Assembly (NCBI GenBank): GCA_030704615.1
Contig: CM060732.1
Span: 74,772,001 to 74,836,000, forward strand
Source: Takakia lepidozioides
Lineage: Eukaryota; Plantae; Bryophyta
DNA: 64,000 nt
Direction: 5' to 3'
The translations under genes were made by a program, and so were the position numbers. Below, piece by piece: positions 49,448-61,222 of this stretch (the first letter of the stretch is position 1; the number at the start of each line of letters is the position of its first letter). The notes beneath the pieces are model-generated. The model saw only the letters and a list, made by a program, of their open reading frames with translations, had not been told where the DNA came from and ran no database searches.

Positions 49448-52400
49448 ATGTACAGTGCAGGTGGCGAACGGATGCGTAGGCGTAGAATAGATGACCGTCT
49501 ATGGCGAATGGAAGAAGCTTATGCCACAAGGAATGGGCATACAAAAATGCTATGCAACTGCGATGAGTGTCATGGAGGAAAAGTACTCTTGTTGGAAACA
49601 GTGAGGAATCATTACATGATACACGGGAGGGATCCTCTTCTCCAACGCTGTTCTCTTCCGGTAAGATCGCCACTTTCCCTTCAGCACTTTAGTTTGAATT
49701 TTGAATGCAACGATCCTCTTCTCCACATGTCGACATTTCGTTGGGTGATTGTAGTCAAGAAGTCATAAGATACAGACGTGAGTATGACTACGCCACTTCC
49801 GTTATCACTTTAATTAATGCACATGTCGTGTTTTCATTGGTCATGTGTAGTCATGTAGTCATATATGTTCATAATATGAACAAGTGTCACATCGTTGTTG
49901 GTCCACTCACAAGATGACTATTGGGATGCAGGGATGTGAATATTCAGATGATGAAGACGAAGGCCCTGCGGCACAGCGGGAGCCCAATGTCACAGAGAAC
50001 GCAGATGAGAGTGGTGGATTGGAGGTAGAAATGCAGCGTGCATTGCAGGAAGCGTTTCTCTTTGCAGATGCAAACAGAGAGGACCCCATTCATGGTGGAA
50101 CCGATCACACATTTGCCGATCATGACGATGATCTCGACGATTCCGGAGACAATGAATTTGATGAGAATGCTCACCTGCACGTTGATCCCGAGTATGATAA
50201 ACTCTTCCGAGCGTCGCAATGTCCACTTTTTGAAGGGTGCTCCATCAGCCGGCTGCAAGCAACTTTGACGTTGCTGAACGCATGCACTACCCACAAGTGC
50301 ACCAATGCATTTGTGGATGAGCTTCTGGGATTGTTGCGTAAGAGTTTTTTGCCTAAAGAGAATTCATTGCCGAAAACTCACTATGAAGCAAAAACCATGA
50401 TTGCCAAGATGGGATTGCAGTACACGATGATTCATGCCTGTGAGCGTGGTTGTGTACTCTTCCGTGGGGAGTATGAGAATGTAGACATTTGCCCAGTGTG
50501 CCGCAGTTCCCGTTACATTCCAGGTCGTGGAAGTGTGCCCAAGAAAGTATTGCGACACTTCCCTGTCATTCCAAGGTTGAAACGTATGTACCGATGTAAA
50601 TCGATCGCTAACCTCATGACATGGCACGACAGACATAAGAGCCAGGATGGGTTGGTTCGACATCCAGCTGATAGCAAAGCATGGAGACACATTGACACCA
50701 CATTTGCGGATTTTGCTGCAGAGCCACGATCTCTGCGATTTGGATTGGCCTTAGACGGTGTAAATCCCTACGGAGCTCAATCCACAAGTTGGAGCACATG
50801 GCCCGTTCTCTTGGTCAATTACAATCTGCCTCCGTGGTTAATGACCAAAAAGTTCTTTGTCATGTTAGCGCTACTGATTCCTGGTAAGGAGTCTGTTACC
50901 TCGGACAACGTAGATGTTTACCTGATGCCCCTAGTGGAAGAGCTATTGGAACTATGGAGAGGGATTGCAGCTCATGATGTTTCCCGTCCTCGTGGTCAAC
51001 GCGAATTCACACTGAGGGCAGTGTTGATGTGGTCAATCCATGACTACCCTGCATATGGCTTGCTCTCAGGTCAAGTGACGAAAGGTTATGCTGGTTGTCC
51101 AGCTTGTGGACCCGGGGTGACTTCACAGCAGTTACACACATGTGGAAAAATTGTTTTCCTAGGCCACCGAAGATTTTTGGCCCGCAATCATCCATATAGA
51201 AGGTCAAGAATGTTCAATGGCGCTACTGAGCATGGAACTCCTCCAAAAACGCAGACTGGAACACAAATCAAGGACCTTGCAACAGCTCGCACTGCATGGG
51301 TGGAAAACGGAGGGACGCCAGATAGCAGGACAGACCCAGCAAAAACTCATGGAGTTAAGCGATTGTCAATTTTATATGTCTTACCTTATTGGGAGGTAAT
51401 TCCTTCATGGCCTTTAAATTGGCTGTGTACATTTTTGCGTTTTCTGTTTAAATTGTGATGAGTAAATGCTCAATTGCTTATGTGTTCATTTTGTAGGGTC
51501 TCCTCATCCGCCACACGTTTGACGCAATGCATTGCGAGAAGAACTTGGCTGAAAATATTATTAAAACTATCTTTGGTGAGAAAGACACATTGAAAGTTCG
51601 CCGTGATTTGGAGCTACTTGGGATGCGCCCGGAATTGTGGCTACAACGTGATCCTGACAGAGCAGATACGTTAATTATGCCTCCTGCCCCTTATGTCCTC
51701 ACTGAGGCTGAGTTACAAGTCTTTCTGGAGATTGTGCAGAACTTGAAAGTGCCAACAGGCTACGCATCAGCTTTCAAAAAGCATGTGGTGAAGAAGAAGT
51801 TGTCAGGCATGAAATCACATGACTATCATGTGCTCATGCAGCAAATTATACCGCTTGCTATCCGTGGGCTCATGCCAAGTGGTCCTCGAAGGGCCATTTT
51901 GCGAGTATGTCGTGTATTTAAGAAGTTGTGTGCAAAAGTGGTGAATCCTGTAGAGTATGAGGAATTGAGAACTGAAGCAGTTCTCACTCTGTGTCTTATA
52001 GAGAAGGAGTTCCCACCATCATTTTTTGATGTGATGACACATCTGGTTGTTCACCTAGTGGATGAGTTGTACTTATGCGGGCCCGTAGCATCTCGTTGGA
52101 TGTACCCCATGGAGCGGGCAATGAAAGATATGAAGGGCTACGTAAGAAACATGGCAAGGCCCGAGGGGAGCATGGCAGAAGGATACCAATTTGAAGAAGC
52201 ATTGGGTTTTTGCACAGAGTATATGGCAGGATTTGATGGAAGTGTACGAAGGGTGTGGGATGCAGATGAGGCAGAATCTGTGGAACGTGAAGTTGTGGAA
52301 GGAAGTTCTAAAGCCCGAAAATTGAATGACCTGTGTGATATTGTACATGAGTACATCATTCAGAACCATCCTCGTCTATCAGTCATGTTGGGGTAAGAAA

Positions 52401-53478
52401 TCTACTTCATTGACATTCAGATTTCCAAGTTTTAGTCATTTATCATTAGTTGGCATATGGCGTCTTTTCAAATCTCCCACGCCACCTCTGTCAATCTCCT
52501 GGCTGACCCTCGGATTGTGACAGGATATATGAAGCAGAGTCCACACGGATAGAAGCCAGACGACGCTTGTTTCGTGAGGAGCAAGGGCTGGAAGGCATGA
52601 GCAATCCCACGGCAATTCAGTACCCTCCTGATTTGCATCCTTGTCCTCCATTTGCTGTTTGGCTCCCTCAAGGTGTACGGGATCATCTCTCAATTCAATC
52701 AGATGGGCTTGATCCTACAACACGTGAGGAATTACTGGATCTTTCAAGGCCTCCATCATTTACTGCCCTGTCATTCAAGAGTATGACAGCGTATGGTAAC
52801 CATTACAGGGTTACATCCCCCGGCATGAACACAACAAGTATGGTGTCTTTTGATTGTGGAGTCTCATCTGTTTTCCAGCACCAGCCCATTACCAACAATT
52901 CAGGCAATGACATGGAGGAACCTACAAGATATGTGGGTCTTATAAGGGAGATTTTGCAAATTGACTATGGCCAAACACAGCCTATAGTGTTTTTGTGTTC
53001 GTGGGTACGGGCGAGTCGCGTGGGTCGTCAACCTATGTCAATGAAGCAGGATGATGCTGGCTTCACACTTGTCAATTTTAACCGTATGCTTCCACCTTCT
53101 GAGCAACCTTTTGTGTTTCCTGGCCAGGTTGATCAAGTGTTTTTTTCTGATTGTGTGAAGGAGCCGGGGTGGAAAGTCGTCCTGGAGAAGAGCCCCCGAG
53201 CACGTAGAGTGGTCTGCGACATATCAATTGATAATGATGATGTGGCGGAAGTGGAAGGATTGTTAGCCCCACAAAGACTAGAGGAGACTGTGGTTACTGA
53301 TGGCCCAACATGCAGCCGAGCGGTACCGGTTACTCCAGAGCAGGTGGCCTCCTTGTACCTCCGAGCACCCCGTATACGTGGTGATGATGTTCAGCCAACC
53401 CTTGGAGAAGATGAAGTCTGTGATGAAGACAGTGATACATGTAGTGACCCAGACATAGATGAGGATGATGAAGATTAG
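49448..53478 (+). CDS. CACTA transposase, TnpD/Tnp2-like (exons 49448-49660, 49932-51395, 51497-52392, 52524-53478; ~1175 aa, frame intact)
   Basis: Transposase-associated CNC..C...VRNHY; IHACERGCVLF, HPADSKAW, LALDGVNP, WPVLLVNYNLPPW, HDYPAYG (Transposase_21); DAMHCEKN; GMKSHDYH, FFDVMTHLVVHL, RWMYPMER, ARPEGSMAEGY (DUF4218); QPFVFPGQVDQVFF...WKVV (DUF4216). Confidence 0.95.
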
Positions 53479-53629
53479 ATATGCGCGATTTGTGCACTCC
53501 AGTTATAGACCATGCATGATAGTTTAAGGTGGTAACACTCCCTTCGCATTCCCATTAAGATATCATGCTTGGACACTGGATTTTATGATCAATTATGGAG
53601 TGCTTTCCTTTCAGCACCCTTTATTCATT

Positions 53630-55450
53630 TGTTGTTGCAATTGGCTTTGGACCAACCCGTGCTGGTACCATTGCCATGGGTTCTGCCTGCAATGTTTTCT
53701 TGCCATGGATTCGGCACACGCCACGAAAGGCCATCCAGACCATCCTCTGGAAATGCTCCAATGTTGTTTCAAACATCTCCACATTGCAATGGATACAACA
53801 CTGACATTAGATGAGTGAAAGTGAGACTAGACCTCCAGCCAGCCGGCTTTCCCACATCAAATTGAAGGGGATCTGTAGATTATAGATAACGGCTGTTGCC
53901 TTCTCAATGTCTTTTCCAATGACCTCTGCAATGAACTGGGGTATAAGATCCTTCAAATCACAAGTTTGAGCATCACGCACAAGCCACTTACGGGGATAGA
54001 GTTTCCAATGCGAACCATTGGTCTTTTATTGATAGCATTGTTGTAAAATACATGGACCAACATGGTCAATTTCGGGAATGACATATAGTACGCTTTCATG
54101 TACTATGTAAGCATGCAACTATGTACCAGTGACGTGGCTTGTTCGCCACTTAACCTGTTTGCCCATTCAGCCAGCTCCACATTGTCATGGATTTTGCATG
54201 CTGGATTGTGAGGCCATCCACACCGTCCTCTGGAAATGCTATCATGGGGTTTCAGCTATGTCCACATTTCCCTGGATTATGCCTGCACGAAGCAAGGCCA
54301 ACTGCATTCAGCACCCTCCACTTTATTATAGTATTGCAGCAACATTCAAAGCACTTCAATTTGTATCCATCGAAAACATCTAGGCTGGAAAAAGACATTG
54401 TTGCAGCAGAACTTAGGAAAGTACTTCTCCCCTTCCACTACACACGTGAAATGAAAGAAGCCAACCAACAGCATACCAGCCAAGAAAATATGAAACCAGC
54501 CAAGAAAAGAGCCAATATATGCAGTGAAGGTCGACACTAAATGAAACTTATCCAACACTTACATTAGAGGAGGGAAGCTAAGTCTTACCTCCATAAGCTT
54601 GCCCACATCAAATTTGGGAGCTTTCAGAATTTCTCCTTTCCGGTTGAATGAACTTGGCTACAAGATCCTTCAAATCGCAAGTTTGAGCTTCACACACAAT
54701 GAACTTGCAGGGATTGAGCTTCCAATGCGAACCAGGAGTCTTATATTGATAGCATTGTTGTAAAACACATGGACCAACAATGACAGTCTCTGGAATGACA
54801 TATAGTACAGTAATGACATATAGTACAGCATGTCGCTTCCAGTTGACCATCTACCCATGTAGGTTTCTTGTACCTATCCTTCCACAGGGAATCATAGGTA
54901 ATGTGGAGCTTGAAATCCAGCCCTCTTGGATGAATGTGGACCCACACTCTATCCCTGCTCCTTCAGCTATCCATGCCTCTGACAGCCTACAATTCTACCA
55001 GCAAACACCCCAACCATACTGGTGTGGAGTTCTTCCCCAAAACACCCCAACCCTACTTATCACAATCTGAAATGCATCTGCTTCTCTCTGTAGTCCAACA
55101 GGCATTCGCCTTTTTGTCTCCATTGTCCCACCATTGGGGTCGGAAAGTGTTCACCCCACCGCTTCTCCTCACCTCTATTATATGTTTTTGGATACTTCCC
55201 TGCTGCCACACTGGCAGTAACTTGCCAAAGTCACTCCAAACCACCACAGATGTACCCAACGACCTAACTTACAGAATTCAATATGCATCTTGCGGCCGAG
55301 TCTGATGAGAGGGCAACACAGGCTGAAATAGGTTGAAGAAGAAGGTGCCCTACCACATTGTCCTTGACCTGTCCTGACCCATGGAGGATTTGACCGATGA
55401 CCTCTTGTGTGTGCTGCTTGTGTCTGTAGTCAGGTAATGTCGGATTGGTC
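53630..55450 (-). pseudogene. Captured host-gene fragments inside the CACTA element: OSB-type PDF-motif exons plus duplicated PPR E-motif-like segments
   Basis: cag|TNPTLPDYRHKQHTQEV...NPPWV (~55450-55377), QWWDNGDKK (~55136-55110), HPRGLDFKLHITYDSLWKDRYKKPTWVDGQL (~54932-54840); VWMAFRGVCRIHG (~53740-53702) with a second degenerate copy at ~54222-54185. Confidence 0.7.
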
Positions 55451-57442
55451 TGTCAGATCAAACCACTACGGCGTAGATGAGTAGTCAAAGATTGAAACAC
55501 GCTTGCTAAGACCAAGCTGACTGTCCCAAGAACGGCGAGCTCGCTTGTACTCGTCTCGTCTGGTCTCCTCCTCCTCTCCTCCTTCGTGCATCATTTGCTC
55601 AACGCCTCCATCTCATGCCCCTGCATATCCTGCTATCATCGCGTTCCATCCCTCAGCTATGTGGTGTGGCGCAGGAGACAAAAAGACGCCAAGTCCCAGC
55701 CCTCCTTTCTGTTCACGATTACACTAATGGACAACCTTATTAGCAAAAATTTTAACTTTTTTAAACCTAATGGGCAACCTTATTTGCATTATATGTGCCT
55801 TCAAAATGACACGTGTAGTGATGTAGTCGTATAAATAGAGCTCTGAAACCATCTTCAGTCATGGAGTCATGAGATTCCATGAAACGTCGTCCACGTGTAG
55901 TCAAACATATCACACTAGTCATATAAACCATCCCTGTCATCATGGTCAACAATGTTTGACCAATGCTCCCTAACTTTCCGGAGTCATGTAGTGATATCCA
56001 TTACTACAAAGTCATAAAACTAAAACTGTAATGCATTTCAACGCTCTGTAGTCATGTACCTAGTGCAGTTTTTATGACTCCGCCAAACCCGTAGTCCTAA
56101 AAACGCTCATATCTTGTAGTGAATACAGCAGAAGATCTTTCTTTCAATTCCGAAAGAAGATGACAAATGGGGATTAAAGGGAGGAGTGATCAGTATTACA
56201 CGAGCACCTTGGGAATGTAGAATCAGAAGTGAAGAATGGTTGTCCCATCTAGCTTTATTGATTACTCTAATCCCAATCAGAAAAGTTTGCTACACTAGTT
56301 ATATTTTCATGGAAGGATGTTCAAATTATGAATATTGTCATATGATCATAGAAGCAGTGGAGTACTGCCAAAGACTTGTTACAAGTTAGATACACTGAGA
56401 AAGACAAATGGTATTATTGTGCCCATTAAAAGATTGGTGATCAATCAGTAAAGGGAAAATTAAGTCGTAATACAGATTTTGGCAAGATAGGATAAATCTT
56501 GGAGAAAGGGTAGAGACCACTATAATTTTTCTTTACTGACATACCAAGACTGATTAAAGGGTGCTGAAAATGAATTATGTATGTGATGTGGGAATGAATG
56601 AGGAAATTAAAGACAAAGCTAAACAAGACAGAGCTGAAAGAATAGAGAAATATGCTGCAAAAAGGGAAGCTCGGTTGAGAAAAGAGTTCCCAGAATTACA
56701 AAACTTGAATATTATTCAAGGTGACGGTGATAAACCAGAAGATCAGGAAATCGGATCGTTGGAAAGTGGGAACACTACTCCAGAAGGAGTTGCCAGTAAT
56801 GCACTTGATGAATGGTTACCACAAGAAAGATCTGAAGGACCCTCTACAGTAACAAGTCCAAATCGAGGCTTTGCTGATATATTGGAAGAAAGATTTGAGA
56901 ATATTCTGAGTGAAGAAGGTGAAAGAAGTGAAACTACTTCTCCAGAAAGGATAACCAGGACTGCACTCAAAGCTTTTAAAGATTCATTAAGCTTAGTAGG
57001 GACAGCAGCTGGAAGACGACTATCATTGGGACAAGGGCCTCCTAGCTTTGAATCATTGTTTGGAAGACAAACACCAACAACACCACTAGCCTTGACAATC
57101 CCAACACCACCACAGTCAGCAACAGCGGGACCATCCTAGTTTGGACAACCAGTTGCACCAGCCGTACCAATGGCTTTAGCAGCAAGCAAAACTAGACCGC
57201 CGTTCCCTTCATATGATGGGAAATCTGATCCGGATATCCATCTTAATCAATTTGAGAACATGTGCACCATTTACAATGAAGCAACAGACCAGGAAAAGAT
57301 CCGATTATTTCCTTGTTCAATGGCCAGGAAAGGCATTGAATGGTTGGCAACCTTTCCAGCCAATCACTTTGCAAATTGGGCGGATATGAAAACCGCGTTT
57401 CAAGAAAGATATAGATCCAACAAATCCACATCTGAAATCTTC

Positions 57443-58560
57443 ACAGGAAGCTCCGAGTTGGCCCGGTGGCCAGTTTGGGAGTTAGACGCGCGCATCGAAG
57501 CGAGTAACTATGACTTAAAGGGGGAGTTATCAAAGTGAGGTGCACAACACTTCGTATCAGAGCCTAGAGTTCAGTATGTGATCGTCCTTGAGATTGGCCT
57601 TACCACGGTGTTGGGCAAGACCAAGCGAAAGCGGAATGGTCCGAAAGCCGATGGTCCTAGTGAGCCCGGTGAGGGCGACGCGTCACCGGAGCGGCAATTT
57701 ACGCTTCTGAAAGCGAGGCCGCTCAAGAGCAGGAGGAATTTGAGGAGCCGAAGCCTGAGGACTTCCCAAAGGCTCCGTCGGATCAACAGATGCCTCCTAT
57801 GCCAGCAGCCTTTTGGGAAGGGTTTTTGGCGCAGTTTGGTGGGGCGCAAAAGGATGTCATGAAGGCGGCCAATGCCACTTCCACTAAGGCAAAGTTTAAG
57901 GTGAAGCCTAAGGAACCCGACACCTTCTAGGGCGTCCAAAATTGGAAGGCGCTCAACACCTGGCTCTTGGAGCTAGAACAATACTTCCGAATGGCCAAGT
58001 TAAGTGACGAGGATCGGGTGGAAGTGGCACCCACCTACTTGAGGGGCTATGCTCAACAATGGTGGCAGAAACGCCTTTATAACCAAGGGCCAAACCGAGA
58101 GACCTTGAGCTGGAGTGGGTTCAAGGAACTAATGAAAAAACAATCTGTGCCCCTCGACGCGTCCTGGCTCGCCCGGGACAAGATGAGGAACTTGAAGCAA
58201 ACGGATGACATTCGGGGATATGTTCAGGATTTCAAAGTCGCAGATATGGCAGAACAAAAAATGGTCTTCAACTTTGTGGCGGGACTGGCCCCATGGGCCA
58301 GGCGGAAGTTGGAGGAGAGGCCACCAAAGACTTTGAACGAGGCAATTGAATGGGTTGAATGCTTCTTGGATGTCCCTAGGGGCAAAAGACAGAGCTGTAC
58401 GGAGCTAAACCATAAGAAGGTCCGGCGGGAGGGTGACTCCTTCCGAAACTGTATAAGGCTGTGTCAGGCTGTGACAAGCTGGATAAGGCTGTGTCAGACT
58501 GTGACAAGCTGTGTCAAACTGTGTCAAACTGTGTAAGGTTGTGACTGACTGTGTAAGCCT
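57443..58560 (+). mobile_element. iMet-primed Ty3/gypsy fragment: LTR 3' end, PBS, Gag, 10-bp repeat array
   Basis: ...gtgcacaaca followed by degenerate iMet PBS cttcgtatcagagcc (~57550-57565); Gag WLLELEQYF....DEDRVEVAPTYLRGYAQQWW; ctgtgtcaRR-type 10-mers at 58449-58560. Confidence 0.85.
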
Positions 58561-58569
58561 GTCTACTAC

Positions 58570-60600
58570 CCCTAAGGCCTGTGTTGGTCCAAGTCTACCA
58601 TCCGTAAGTCTGTGCAAAAATTAAGGGTACCCCACAAAACCCGTAAAACTGTCTAAGTCCCAGACAGCCCTCTAACAGTGAGGCTATTAGTGAAGAAATA
58701 GTATGGGGGGGGGGGAGGGGGGGGGGAGGCATCAAGTAGGGAGAGAGTTTTTGAGGAGCAGCTGTTGGCGACATTCTTGCAGGCAAAGACCTTTGTATTT
58801 CATTTGCTAGTAGAGGAGGTACAGACATTGATGGCACCAGGAGAGACTGCATCAATTCCCCAACAACCACCTCATGGAGACAACATGGATACCATATCAC
58901 TGGTGACACAAAGGCAACCTGCTGTTTGGAATGATCTTTCTCTCAATGCACCCAAAACTCCTACTGAACATTCATTTAGTGATGTTATAAATCTGCCCCT
59001 TAACCAAATTCCCTATGTCATGGATCTGGTTTGGAAACAATTGACTCTTCCCAAGTCCCTGGGACACTATTACCATCTTATGCGCCACTGGTTGCCTTTG
59101 GCAACTCGACACCAAGTTTTTGAGTCTGATAAGCCCATGGAGGATCATCATTTGCGCAGTGTTGGAATGAGGCAGGGACGATGCTTAAGGAACTGCTTGC
59201 CTTCCAGGTAATTCGGGGTTTCATATCCACCAAGACTAGGGAGGTAGCTAACATTGTTACGGGCTGTGGCACTTATTATGCTGCTTGTTTAATCCTATGA
59301 TACCACTTAGAGCGACAAAAAGTGCAGCAGAGGTACCTATCTTATTCCACTGGGGATCACTGGATTTTACCTCCAATTCCAGAACACATATTTCATGATG
59401 TGCGCACCATGCTCCAGCTTGATACATAGTTTTGTTACTGGTTCACTTGCGCCCAGACATATTTAAGGAATATAGTCGGGGATCAACACCATATTTTCAC
59501 CAAGGGGCATGCGGCCAGAAGATGGCTTGAGAACTCCAAGCAGTTAGGCAAGCCACCCAATTACACAGAAGGAGAACTCAGTGCATATACTACACTAGCC
59601 AGACAGATGGTACAACAAGTCTTAACAGATCATCTACCAGACATGGTGGGCATTCATGGGTTACCAGTCTTACTTCCTGTTCTTCAGAAGAAAGTCAAGA
59701 GCCAGAAGGGCCAGCAGAGGGACAATGAATCAGATACCAATGGTTCTTCCAATAAGAACACATTTGACATGGAGGCCCACTATGACGAGGTCATAGCAGA
59801 CAAGCAACGCCAAGGTTCACCTATTGGACTCCCCAAACCTCCAATTTAGACGGGGCAATCTGCTCCAATGAGCAGGCAGACCTCTCCACCGGCTAAAGAC
59901 AAGGCTCGGGCTTGTACACAGAGCCCGTGCAAGGACTCTCAGAAGCACACAGGTGCCCGCTCACAGAGGTATGCTGACCCCAAGAAGTAAACCGTGGGGG
60001 CACGACTTTTTGAGAGAGGAGGGGATAATGTTACAAGGTTGCTGAGCACTTAGACGATTTGCAGGTTCTTGCGGGTACTCTTATTTTTGCGCAGTCATGA
60101 GCCTTCATGGCTCTACAACCATGAACTACCATAGGCCTCATGGTGTGACCTTTACGAGCCCATGAACCCTCATGGTGCTGCGGACATGAGTCTCCATGAG
60201 CCCTCATGGTGCGGGGGCATGAGACTTCATGACTTCATGACTCTAGGGCATGAGTCCACACATGCCCTCATGGCACTGCTACAACGGGCGATCATGAGCA
60301 CTCATGACGCGACAGTCATGAGCGATCATGACTCAACGACCATGAGCCAGTACAAGCGACCATGAACGCCACTAATTCTCGTTCCAACTCCTGCCGTTCA
60401 TTGTCGTATGCTAGGGCCAAGGTTTACATAGACGATTGTGCCACAATTTTAGGGGGGAGTTTTTGTTGTGGTAGTAGCTCCATATCTCTGATCAGTATTG
60501 TAGTCACGGACTTCAAGGTATAAAAGGAGTTTCTGTTTTTTGGCCAAAGGATCTGAGGGTGGGATAGCAGATGAAGTAAATGCATCTTTATAACAGTATC
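58570..60600 (+). mobile_element. 3' internal region, polypurine tract and start of an LTR (TG at 60029) of another Ty3/gypsy element; LTR has a CATGA-rich array
   Basis: tttttgagagaggaggggataa|TGTTACAAGG; many catga motifs at 60095-60365; tataaaag at ~60519. The right boundary is approximate. Confidence 0.65.
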
Positions 60601-61222
60601 AATTGATCATGCGCACCTGGAAAGTCCAAACTGTGAAACGAACGTGGGGTTGGCTTACAAGGATGAATGTGTATGATATCCAAAAAATTGTCATCAAACA
60701 CTCGTTCATTTACATTTATTTGTCTGAGATTGTGCGCCAGATGGCCCCATATTTTTTATTCCACGGTGCCACGGTTCTGATGGCATAGGCATTGTCTGAG
60801 GCTGAGCAGTCAGACCAGCTAATTGTTTATATGTAATGTTATATTCATCTATAATATATGTCGCTGTTATTTTCAATTATTGAAACCGTTCAAATAAACG
60901 ACACGTCGTTCATTTTGGGCGACACACGTCAGACATCGATAACTACATTGCAGACGAACAGCTATCCACTAATGGCTGGCAGGTGCACTAATGAGGGAAC
61001 GACATTTGTGTAACGGTCACGCGAGAGGGAATCCGATGCTTCTAGAGACAATCCCCAACGCAAGCAACTCCGCAAGAAATCGAGAGTCACTTTGGCTTTC
61101 TAGTTTCCGCACTTAGAGGGGGAGAGGTAGTCAAGCTGGAGAGGGTTCCTTCTACGATACGAAAGAGAAGGAAGTCACTTTATTTTACTTCCCTTAGAGA
61201 GAAACTCAGAGCAAGAGAGCAA

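Larger units (their letters stand above)
43582..56121. mobile_element. Complete CACTA (En/Spm) DNA transposon, 12,540 bp
   Basis: Left TIR CACTACAACAGATGAGCGTTTT; right TIR (revcomp) CACTACAAGATATGAGCGTTTT; 3-bp TSD AAT at 43579-43581 and 56122-56124; ATGACTAC/GTAGTCAT subterminal motifs at both ends. Confidence 0.97.
42558..57442 (+). mobile_element. Non-chromovirus Ty3/gypsy element 2: 5' LTR 42558-43422, PBS, extra domain and Gag; split by the CACTA insertion and truncated at ~57442
   Basis: LTR termini TGATAACGGC...GCGGTTAACA are inverted; PBS tggcgaccatattggggac; the ORF rejoins in frame across the CACTA TSD (FHGLPIAI|QQKIFLSI); Gag PSYDGKSDPDIHLNQFENMC...RLFPCS at 57170. Confidence 0.88.
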
